Assembly: GCA_002633005.1 (NCBI GenBank)
Contig: NMRA01000506.1
Span: 230,542-294,541, forward strand
Origin: Phoronis australis
Lineage: Eukaryota; Animalia; Phoronida
Direction of reading: 5' to 3'
DNA length: 64,000 nucleotides
Translations under genes and position numbers: made by a program
Shown here: one piece after another, positions 13,801 to 25,300 of the stretch
Layout: each line of letters begins with the position of its first letter
How positions within the stretch are numbered: position 1 is the first letter of the stretch
The notes under the pieces: generated by a model
What the model was told of the DNA's origin: nothing
Databases searched by the model: none
Seen by the model: the letters and a program-made list of their open reading frames with translations, nothing else

Positions 13801-16800
13801 GCAATATCTTTCAAACCTCTGTAGGTACTCTTAAATTTAAGGAATGTATTTGGCTGACCTATTTTGTGAAGTATGTTTTAAACTTAAGGCACCAGTTTTA
13901 AGGGGATATTCTCGGCAAGAAAAATACTTTTACAGAAAATAGCAGGAGCATGGAATTGAACCCTTTAACTCCATAGAACCATCAGAATGTGCCACTGCTG
14001 AGCCAAATCCTTGCATATATTTAAGTGGTAAAGACACTGCTCTTTGTTTTTACGATTATCTGGCAGACAACGATGACAATTGGCGTTTTTTAATGAAATG
14101 GCAAAAACAACGAATTTTGTTTTATTGCTCTGGTCAAAGTTCATAACTTCAAAAAACCTGCCCCATCCAACAATACCAAAATGTGTGTTTTTGGATGTTA
14201 AACCAATAATGTCACTTTAAAAACCTAACATTTACTTGTTATTTGTATAAAAACACTTTCATTTTGACAACTCTCCGTTATGAGGTTGGTTTCTATGTTC
14301 TTCTAACATTCTCACATTAGAGAAGAAGTTTGGACTGTGGTAAAACTGACATCATTTTGGCTCAAGACAAGGCTCTAGAAGATGGACTCAACGCCGAGGA
14401 AATTTGGGCAGAGCGTGACCTCCTTGGGGGGAGAAGTAACAAACCGCCAGTGTTTTCTCCAGACTTGTCATCACCAATTTTATTATGGTAAATTGTCCAA
14501 GTCATGTCTATTGTACACAGCAGCTGTTTGTTTTTGTATTTCAGGTGAAGCGTTGGCACAGTTTCAATTTGAAGAAGAGAAAGATTGGGCCAGTGATGTG
14601 GACGCTTTTTCAGACTTTTTTAAAATCGATTGCCACAAATTGTCTGCTCGTTTGAAGTGCGTCCCATTGCATAAGAGATTACAACTTCCCTTTGAAGTCC
14701 TGGATGTGAGTTTTGTTATTAAGTCAGTTTCTCTTTTAAGTTTTGACAGAGGTCTTAAGGGCAGACAAAATACAGCTATTTGCTATTTGTCGTTGTTGAA
14801 ATACAAGGTGGTGTATATGAAGTAATGAGATGATGCTCTGTTCAGGTTTTCATATTGAGGCAATTCTCTGTTAAACCTTACCAACACCCAATTCAATATT
14901 CAGTTGAATGAGTCCCTCCTTTTAGGATTTGAAATGACCCAAAATCTTTTGTTCAACCGGTGGTCCTGATGGCGCAGCCAACTAGAGCATCTGCATGGTT
15001 AGCAGAAGGTCCTGGGTTTGAGTCCCAGTCATGGCATTATCTTTTCAAGCTTATTCATTAGGTCACGTTATATGGCCAATAGGTGGCATGCAGACCAGAC
15101 TTAAAAATGTTCGCAACCTATATTTCCAAGATTTACATATTGACATACACTCACGATTTGAAGGGTGGGATACCCTTCACTAAGTGTGATTAGATTTCTG
15201 TGTTTGAATAGTGGTTCTTATTGCTTACTGGACTATAGCGTCTGCATGGTCCAGCCTTGGCAGAAATCTTTTCAGACATATATTAATAAGGTCATGTCAT
15301 GTGACCAATAGGCGGTGTGCAGACCAGACTTCCAAATGTTTGAATCACAGTCTTTCACCATTTGGCAAGCCCTGAGCACAGTCATCAAATTTCACCTGTT
15401 CAAATGAACTCTAACATCAAACTGTAATTGCAGGAAAAGACTATTTCAAAGTTTAACTGCGATGCCGAGGAAAACCGGATAAAATATGCTGATCTCGTGA
15501 AGTGTAAATCGAGGACAGATGTCAGTGTTACGTCCGACTGCAAAGTGTCTATGCATGATGACCTGGCGGGTATTCATAATATCAACATCGACCTGGACCA
15601 GATCCTCAATCCGTGTACAATAGGGGGTGCTACAGAGAGTGTCTTGAAGGACAATAGAGTAGTCATTGATCACACGATCAAGGAAAGTACGAGATGTGTC
15701 AGTGAGGAGAAATGTCTGGATTTTCTTCTTAAGTNAATATAGCTATTTGCTATTTGTCGTTATTGAAATACAAGGTGGTGTATATGAAGTAATGAGACAA
15801 TGCTCTGTTCGGGTTTTCATATTGAGGCAATTCTCTGTTAAACCTTACCAACACCCAATTCAATATTCAGTTGAACGAGTATCTCCTTTTAGGATTTGAA
15901 ATGACCCAACATCTTTTGTTCAACCGGTGGTCCTGATGTCGCAGCCAACTAGAGCATCTGCATGGTTAGCAGAAGGTCCTGGGTTTGAGTCCCAGTCATG
16001 GCATTATCTTTTCAGACTTATTCATTAGGTCACGTTATATGGCCAATAGGTGGCATGCAGACCAGACTTAAAAATGTTCGCAACCTATATTTCCAAGATT
16101 TACATATTGACATACACTCACGAGTTGAAGGGTGGGATACCCTTCACTAAGTGTGATTAGATTTCTGTGTTTGAATAGTGGTTCTTATTGCTTACTGGAC
16201 TATAGCGTCTGCATGGTCCAGCCTTGGCAGAAATCTTTTCAGACATATATTAATAAGGTCATGTCATGTGACCAATAGGCGGTGTGCAGACCAGACTTCC
16301 AAATGTTTGAATCACAGTCTTTCACCATTTGGCAAGCCCTGAGCACAGTCATCAAATTTCACCTGTTCAAATGAACTCTAACATCAAACTGTAATTGCAG
16401 GAAAAGACTATTTCAAAGTTTAACTGCGATGCCGAGGAAAACCGGATAAAATATGCTGATCTCGTGAAGTGTAAATCGAGGACAGATGTCAGTGTTACGT
16501 CCGACTGCAAAGTGTCTATGCATGATGACCTGGCGGGTATTCATAATATCAACATCGACCTGGACCAGATCCTCAATCCGTGTACAATAGGGGGTGCTAC
16601 AGAGAGTGTCTTGAAGGACAATAGAGTAGTCATTGATCACACGATCAAGGAAAGTACGAGATGTGTCAGTGAGGAGAAATGTCTGGATTTTCTTCTTAAG
16701 TTAGATAACTACATGGATGAGGAATATTTGGGTTCAGAAAGAGCAATTACCGTTGACATTAACAAAGGCACGATCGATAAGAATTCTCTGGGCTTACGTG

Positions 16801-17018
16801 TTGAAGCAGCTGAAGTGATGAAAAGTAACAGCATTGACAAACGTCAGGAGCTGGGGACTGGATTCACTGAAGACTCACCTGAAGATGTGTTGGACTTTCT
16901 GCTGAGTTTAGATGCACCAGTGAAACAAGGTCAGGCAACGATACAAACTTCGTCTAAGTCAAAGCTGGTGGAAAATGATGACAGCCTTGAATACTGGCTT
17001 GATGAAATCCTAAGATGA
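10816..17018 (+). CDS. AVEN: Cell death regulator Aven (~367 aa, 4 coding exons)
   Basis: Exons 10816-11004, 12588-12723, 14545-14705, 16401-17018; all GT-AG and phase-consistent (0,1,0). Aven-type motifs MRPDEHKRKRSQQYKKKH, YRRRKIESNWQRYE, RGESFQKLL, QFQFEEEKDW, LKCVPLHKRL and C-terminal LEYWLDEIL. Probable 73-nt 5'UTR intron 10727-10799; AATAAA near 17686. Confidence 0.88.
11044..11532 (+). mobile_element. Kolobok-like non-autonomous DNA transposon (family A)
   Basis: Flanked by TTAA on both sides; AG...CT termini with imperfect TIR (agatttataggac / gtcctacacaact). Internal gaaaatgtccaaatttggc..gaacatcatatct..gaaactttca is shared with other copies. Confidence 0.7.
12938..13748. mobile_element. 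TA-flanked MITE with ctaaagtcgtga subterminal repeats
   Basis: Left ta|ccgtcagaggtcctaaagtcgtga..cctaaagtcgtga; right tcacgactttaagtcaccggtg|ta. The interior is homologous to ~28330-28800. Confidence 0.6.
14769..16701 (+). repeat. 967-bp tandem duplication joined by a single N (probable haplotype assembly artefact)
   Basis: 14769-15734 recurs at 15736-16701 with only scattered substitutions; the junction base 15735 is N. Copy 1 carries a truncated copy of AVEN exon 4 (15434-15734). Confidence 0.85.
14960..15036 (+). mobile_element. tRNA-derived repeat head (SINE- or TRIM-like); duplicate at ~15927-16003
   Basis: tggcgcag..tagagcatctgc..gcagaaggtcctgggtttgagtcccag gives degenerate A box, tctgc/gcaga stem and B-box/T arm. 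Confidence 0.6.
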
Positions 17019-19340
17019 GAACTTACACTGTTGTTTCTAAAGCTGCTATTTTGCACAGGCTTCTTTCGGCCATAGGCCAGTAATTCGTAAAACTTTCATG
17101 CGAATTGACCCTCGTACTGCGGTGAAAACCTGATGATAAAATCTGCGAAAAAGAATTGAAAAACAACTGACCTGGAAATTGTTGATAAATATTTGCAACG
17201 TAAGGGATGAGTTCATCCTGGATTCCAAAAATTGGGTGTTCAAAATGTACTTCCCCTATTTCTCATGGTGTGAATGACCAATGACGTGTCACTGTGTTTA
17301 TATGACCCTATTCAATTTGCTCTAGCTCACTTATAGTGTGATGTGTTACTATGGAGACATGGGTCTGCAATTAAGTTTGTTATATGTTACATCATATCTT
17401 GAATAAGTTCTCTTCTGGACAGGCCAATGAGCTCCCAGGGCTATTGTTGGCTAGTTTAAAGAAACACCAATGCTTATTTACTTTTACTTGGAGGTCCAAA
17501 TGCTTACAGGTGATTATACTGGACTGGTGATATCATCACCTGGCTCTTCAAGGGATCTGTTTCATGGGTGGGGCACCATAGGGGGCTGGGGGAGGCTATA
17601 GCCCCCATTTTTTAAGTGCTGCGCCGCCCATGAAAGTGACTTTAGACAGAAATTTGGTGTTGCACTCTCACTTCAAAATTACTGAATAAAAGTTTAGCCA
17701 CACAATAATTAGCATATCACAACCTATATACAAATTATCGCAGTAACCAGAAGTAGTGGGTGTATTTCCAGAGGCTTAGCGTTTTTGCTAAAGTGAGTTT
17801 TATTAGTTTTCAGAAATAGTGTGGGTTGCAGGACTAAATTTCTGGCTTAAGCATGCGCGCACCCAGGAGGGGATCAGGGGGGGCTCATTAGAACTCTAAT
17901 GAGCCCCCCATTTGGCGAAGTGGGCAAAAAGGTCCGCCTTAGAGAGACAAAAAGTCCAAGAAAATGAGGCATAAGTCCATTAAACATACTCAAACGCGCA
18001 ATTCACAGTGGCGCTCCCGTTTTCTTTTTTTTTTATTTTTTTAGTCCGCCCGCTTTTTTGTTACCAAAAGGTCCACCCACAAAGTCAGGAATTCGAGCCC
18101 CCCTCCATATTGAAGTGTGAGTCACATTTCATGCAAAAGATCCCTGGAGATACTTCTTTGCAGCCAATAACATGGGAGGAACATGTTTGACTTGGTGAAA
18201 AGACGCATTCACAGTGTGCGTGATTAGATGCAAGGTGTTTTAAACAAATTGCGGTCTTGTCCTCTAGAAGCCACGAGTATCTGGTCCCGTGCTACCAGTA
18301 ACCACATAGCAATCTGAAAATATGTCATTTCCACATGGCTACATTATGTAAGTGTATTAAATTAATGAGAAATATAAACCATCACCACAGTGCTTGCTTA
18401 AATTGCACCCATTTCAGTGCAGTTATTGAGATTGTGAAATCAGCAGTTTAACAAATGTGCAGAAACCGAAATTCAAATCATACTTAATACAATATTTCAC
18501 AAATACCATCTACTCAATTATGACGAAAACCAATTTTTACAAACAAAATTTAATATAGCATACTTGCGGCTTATGAATACTAACATATTTAAATCTACAT
18601 CATGTTCATCTAGTAATACAGCATTAATTTTAAATAACAATCTTATGCAATAATCACAAAAAATACAGTGTAAACAAAATTAAACAATAGATGTTAAGCC
18701 CACTTGCAGCCTATGAATTCTCCATTATTCAAATTTAAAGCATGTTCACTTCAAACAGTGTTTCTGAAATAATAATCTGGTAAATAATACAAAAATGTGT
18801 TGTGAGCAAAATCAAAAAAATAACCCAAGTGTCGCACCTTTTGAACTCCTAATTAATGGAATCCAAAGTGAATCATGTGACAGCGTGATATATGGGTAAT
18901 TCTTAATTTTTGAAATTTTTTGTTATACAATATCCTGTTTTAAAAAGGCACTACACTAAGTTTCAGGTTTTGTGTACTGTGATATGTCTACAGTTACCTA
19001 TTGTCCTTGAACTTTACAACAAGTAGAACTGTTCAGGATGTCACTGTCTCAGTAAACAAGCTTCAAGCTGTTGTCAAATTCTTAATCCAAAATTGCGGGT
19101 TGACGGTTTTACACTGAGCACGATTCAAAGGACAATATCAAATTGTCACAGACATTGATTTTTCAATGGTTTACGTACTTGCAAAACAATTCGCACTGCG
19201 TAAATAACAACCAGTGCTTCCTAATCACAGGATTGCCATACACATTAACAAGGAGTCTGACAGTTCTGTTTCTATGAGCCATTGTAAAACTGCATTGAGT
19301 CCATCTTTATACGAGCTTTCGTCTCTCTTCTTGACCATCA

Positions 19341-22300
19341 TCAGCTGCTGAAATCGCCACAGGGCTGTGCATCCATGCTGTCGTCTCCCATGTCATCTAT
19401 TTTCCGTTTTAATTTCTCACCTACAAACAAGGACATTATCCTTATGAAGAGTACATTCAACGCTACCTTTAGAAGAGTCAGTCACCGATATAGGTTACAA
19501 AAACCCTCGTGTTGTGCTCTGATCTGTGACGTTAATCAATTTCTGAAGAAAACCAGTGATCTTCATTTTATCATTGACTTTTGATGTTTCCTAATATCAT
19601 TCTGAGTTTTAACTGCCAGTGAAGAACCACCATAATGCTCAGTAACATAAATATGACACTGCGTCTGAGTGTAAAATTTATATCCCAAATACGTATGCAA
19701 TGTCCATGATATTTCTTACTAAATATAACTGGCCTCAATACACCTTACGCAGTGTCCCATACTTAAGAAATGTGACAAATGACAAAATCACCCATGACCG
19801 AACATTAAGAATTAAAAAAATAAGAATGCAATTTCGATTTGAATTTCAGTGTCACAATTATAGAGACTGTCATTTGTCCCAATTTTTACCCTAATTTAAT
19901 GAGTTTGACAAGAACTGACCAATCACTTTGCAATAGCGCTGTTGAACACTATACTGGCTTGTGCAGATTCTAGGTTCCTCAGAGTCTTCTAATAAGTTTG
20001 GAATGACACATGCTCTTGACTTATAGGCCCACGATATAACAGCCACCCATTATGCATTGCAAAATCAAAGGGAATATATTAAAAACATGACCACATAATT
20101 TCCATATAGTCCTGGCTCTTCTAAGGAAGATAGAACCAGCATAAGCCAGTGTAGTAGCTTGAAGCAAGTCATCCATTGCTGATCACATGATTAACTGTGG
20201 ATGGAGTGAACTCCAGGTCAGCAGGTCACCTTCGAGTGGTTTGCATACAACATCGATTTTGTTGCAAAATCAATGACACGAAACAATATTTTAAATGTTC
20301 GGCAAAAACTGTGTGACAAAGTACCAGAAGTTGGGTAGGATTTGCAGCAAATCTATGAACTTATAATGAAGTCACCAGTCATCAAAGGTTTTCTAATATA
20401 GGCGATCTCTCATTGGTTCCGCAAACTTGCAGGTCTTTTGTGTTTCAGGAGTTTGGATTGGACTCGTGAATTGCAGGCTGTTCATATTCAGACAAAAATT
20501 TCCTACATAGTCACATTAGCTGGTGATTCAATGGACAGGTAAACAAACTGGATAAACTATGTTCCATATTAGAAAACAACAATGGACAGGTAAACAAACT
20601 GGATAAACTATGTTCCATAGTAGAAAACAACAACTATATGACAAGAAATTGAAATTAAAATATCAAATTTTCCTTTGAATTCTGTGTTTTGCTACACGCA
20701 CAGTCCATACTTTTAAAACAGCATTTTTGTGAAATAGGGGTACAAGTAACCTTAAGACTGAACTTGGGCTCAACGATCAGCATAACGTCAACTCACCAAA
20801 TGTGACCTGGTAAAATTTCCAGGTCGCCAAATGGTATACGAGGTCACTAAAAAAGATAACCCCGCATAAGATGGTGCAAAGTCTTGGTCCTAACAAACAA
20901 TGCACAGTTAAGATTCCAAACTTCAAAAACGAAAAAACAGAGCAGCTGAATTAGAAAATTTGAGGAATCTGAAACAATGTCAAAAGGACAAGGAGCAATC
21001 CCAAAGATGCCATCAGGGCATTTTCTTAGTTGAATGAAAAATAGGGATGAAATGTGCACAATGACAATGGATTTACCGAAGGTACTTAAGGAGGAAGAAA
21101 ACTTTGTCTAAAAATTCACCAAATTCATGGCCACATGGAGTTTTTATCTGATTGCCAAACAGAGTTCGAGGTCGCATCGGTGAGCTGTAGGTTGCCAAAT
21201 CAAGTGTTGGAGCTCAATAAATTGGACGGAATTTCTCGATCGTCATTTTATCTGTCAAAAGCAAAGTCAGTTGAAAGGACAAAGACTAATTGTGCACAAA
21301 ACACTAGATGGAGACAGATGGTGCTTTTAGATCACTTACCTTTCCATTCTGACGGTTGGCCATTTCGGTGAGACAGTCTAGCAAGGTAGATAGGCTCGTA
21401 CTCCTAAAAAAGTTAACACTTTTAGTTTTCAGTCACACACTTGAAAACACTTCAACCTTTCAATTGAAGAACCATTTTCACTGCAACTTTTTATTACCAT
21501 CATCAAAAATTCGTCAGAGTCTTAATTACTTTTTACTATTGTCAGGAAGTCAATATTGATTGTTGTAATATTCCTAAAGAGACTAGTAGGATTCACTTCT
21601 GTCACTATTGATATCCCACTACTTTCAACCATTAAAGTGGGTAATGGTCGAATATAACATGCCTGAACTTTGAGAACCAGTTTTCTCCACTAAATAACAA
21701 GCACCAAACTGGTTCTCAAAATACGGGCACGTTATATCCAACTATTGCCTTGAAGTGTACAGTAATTCTTCACTTACCGGTATTTAGCTCAAAATATGCC
21801 CAACAAGTAAAATTTTATTTTGTTAAATTTCTTAACAAAAGTGAAGATTAAGAACATTTTATATGAATATTACAATATCAATTTCAATATGGCGTGGAAA
21901 ATATGTTGCAAACATTTTGAGTCTTGTCAGCACGCCATCTGTTGGTTACAATCATACATTGTGGTAAGTAGATGACATAAAACAACATTCGTTCAAATTC
22001 CCATTGTTTGCAAAGAGGTAATCTGCCTTTGAAAAATGGAAAATTGACAATTTCGGAAATTATTTTTGTGCGAAGTAAGTAAGTGGCTTTGATGTTTAAA
22101 ACATCACCAACTTCAAACTAGTAATTATTAAAGGACAAAACAGAGTTTTAAATTTTTTTTTCACAAACATGGTGAGGTCATGGGAATTTCATTGGCATTT
22201 TACAGGCCTTCCTGGGAAACTAATTGTATTTTCTCTGTAACTACTGTTCAGAGAATGTAAGGACTTATGGCTTAGAGTATTTTTTCCCATATCAAAGATA

Positions 22301-25300
22301 ACAATTCATTTTGATGTATAACATTCAAAAATAATTATCTGCCATATAGAAGTAAAAATTAACATCTATAAGCACCATTACGACCACAGTAAAACAAGAG
22401 CAACACGTAGTGTTGATATTCTCACTCTGTGCATTGCATGTGCTGCAGATAAAAAGGACGGTTGTTATTTCAAATATTCCCACTAAAGGGAGCAATGATA
22501 GTGAACTTAAAATAGCCTCTAGGGGGTGCAGAGCATGTAGGCAATGCTCTCCTCAATAGGAACACACCTACCAAAATCAAAAAAATAAAACTGCTACTAG
22601 GGGTACAGTAGTAGTCAGAAACCTTGTCCAAAATTCGTCATCCGAAGTCACGTTCATAAAATGCATATGCCAATTTCACAATGAAATTCATGGATTACTT
22701 TACTTTTAGCACATTGGCATTTGTATGCGGAAATATCATTTGAAGCAATAACTTACCAAAAGTTGACGGGCAAAGCCTTCGTTAGGGAAGACACAAAATC
22801 GCTTGGCCTGTACGATTCTAAGTGCTTCTCTAAAATAACAAACCACAACAAGATAAATTTAGAGCACAACAGATTACATATTCTATTTCTTAACACAAAA
22901 AAGTTTCTTGAAATTCAAAGTTGAAAACAACCATGATGCCGAATTTTTATGTTTTTTGTCAGAAATCTACATGATTGTAGGATGACGAACCAATTTTTGT
23001 TTTAACTGCTGTTACTTTTAAAATGAACAGGATGCAAAATGATGTGCAGACTAAACTGAACTGATAGTTTTGGTTGAGATGATGCATGGGCAAAAATTGC
23101 ACCAACAAAAATTAGTTCAGGTAAGAGTCTTTCCCATGTTTTTAAAAAAAACAATAAGTCCATTCATTTAAAGTTGACATGTACCAGCCTTCAGTCAAAC
23201 AATATTATTTTTTATATCGACGAGTTACTGTCATAAAACTGGATTCAACTTGCAGCTTACTCAGACTAGCAGTTCCTGGACCTGACAAACTGAAATTTCA
23301 TTTATGGTTGAGGCCATGTGTACAGCAGCGTTTTTGAGATCTCATCTTGAACACTTATGTAAACTAAAATTTGTCCATCGCATTGATACTGTTGCTGTGC
23401 AATCAATACGCCTTTCTTTTCTATAAATTCATTACAAAGACATGGTCATGTGACCCAATTAGTGGCAGTTGGTAAAGAGTAAAAAATAAATTATACAGGG
23501 TTTCAACATTTACAGAGTGGAAATCTTTGGTAGAGATGTGGGTAAATACACAGATTTGACAGCAAGGTCCTATAGATCTAACATCTCAGTTCATTTATAA
23601 GAAGCTGACAAGCAAAATGATAGTAAAATGTTTTAGAAGCTATTAAAATCAGTACCATTTTGAAAATAAGTCACCAAGAAAGGTACCAAAGCTTCAGTGG
23701 CTTATGTTCTAAACAAGTTGGCACACATGGTCAGTATCGTGTTCAGTTTCATAAATAAGATGTAAATCTCTTTGTGCAAAATTGTAATCCTCGGCCCATT
23801 TAAGGTTCTAGTGGTCACATGGTTAGATCTGACCTATGTCTGCACAAAGAAATGACAACAGGTGGAGTATTGCAGGCAATAGGAAAGGTGGCAGGTGTGC
23901 ATAGCATACCATTCAAGTTTTGAAAAATTGTGTATTTTCTGTGCACCTGATCAGTCTAACTTGTCAAGAGGATCTGTCCCTCGTGCTACTTTACCAATCT
24001 TTAAGTAAGGTAGCAGAAATGACCCAAATATTTACAGGAGAATCGCCCAACTTTTGGACATGGCACAAAATGTACTTTTGAGAGGAAAGTGTAAGAAAAG
24101 CAGTCACAAAATACAAATTCTAAAACCTATCATTGGCTCTTAGACTACGGTAACAATAAACAAATTCTAAAACCTATCATTGGCTCTTAGACTACGGTAA
24201 CAATAAACAAATTCTAAAACCTATCATTGGCTCTTAGACTACGGTAACAATAAACAAATTCTAAAACCTATCATTGGCTCTTAGACTACGGTAACAATAA
24301 ACAAATTGCCCGCGTAGCCACACACCCACCTGTATGGGAGTCCATATTTTTCCATAATATATGCAATGACTAAAGCAGCACTGTAAATACGAAGGAGAAC
24401 AGTTATTAGCAAAACCTACAAAATACAGTACAAGCCAAAAGTATTCAGACTAAGTGACTCGGAACTTTATGTCATGACAGCTGAGCAGAAGCCAAATTCA
24501 TCATCAGCGTGGTCTTCTCTCATGAACGATAACGAAGTGTAATTAACAGAAAAGTTAGTACGGTGTCTTTTTGCAATTAGAATTTTTCCACCTAATAAGT
24601 ATTAGCAGAATTAGCTGACATGATGGGAAAACAGTATTTATCTAGTTCCTTTTGTCTCGTGCTGTATAAATCCTTATTTTGTAGAAACAGGCATTTCTTA
24701 CCTCACACCATAAAAAATGCCAGACCTAGGTTTGTTGTAATTTTGTGATACTGAAATTCTTTAAAAACTTTACATCCAACAGAAATGGAATCTTATCACA
24801 GAAAGGAATATCACGAGATCAATTTCTGAGTCTCAGAGTAGAAAGCCTCATTTCATTTTTATTTTTAGCCAGCTAAGCACGGCAAAATATAGCTTTAACA
24901 CCATGGCAGACACTTAGGAAATTGCTGCAATGTAATTGGTGGTGTTGACATTTGCAGTGTCATACATGAAATCACTGCGAAGAAATACAATGACCACTTG
25001 ATTCCGACAGTGGGACAACTGTAGATGCTTTCTCAGAGCCCGTCTGCCATGTAGTAGCAAGATGACTGATGATTGATTACTTACCTACGTGAAATACCAG
25101 CATTTCCATGCACAAGAACTTTACCTAAAGATTAAGCAAAAAAGAAAACAATGTCAATGAGTGACTCGCATATGTTTCCTTAGAAAAAATCAAGGAAAGT
25201 TCAAGTACTGAAAACCTGACAGTTGCACAGATAGGGTTTTAGTTAAGAACCAAACCACCAGACAGTTACGTAGTTGAATTTTGTGGTAAACCAAGTGTCA

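Noticed and set aside
19945-20160. Imperfect inverted repeats in STYX introns (also ~25415-25760)
   Set aside because: Probably old MITE remnants; termini and TSDs could not be defined.
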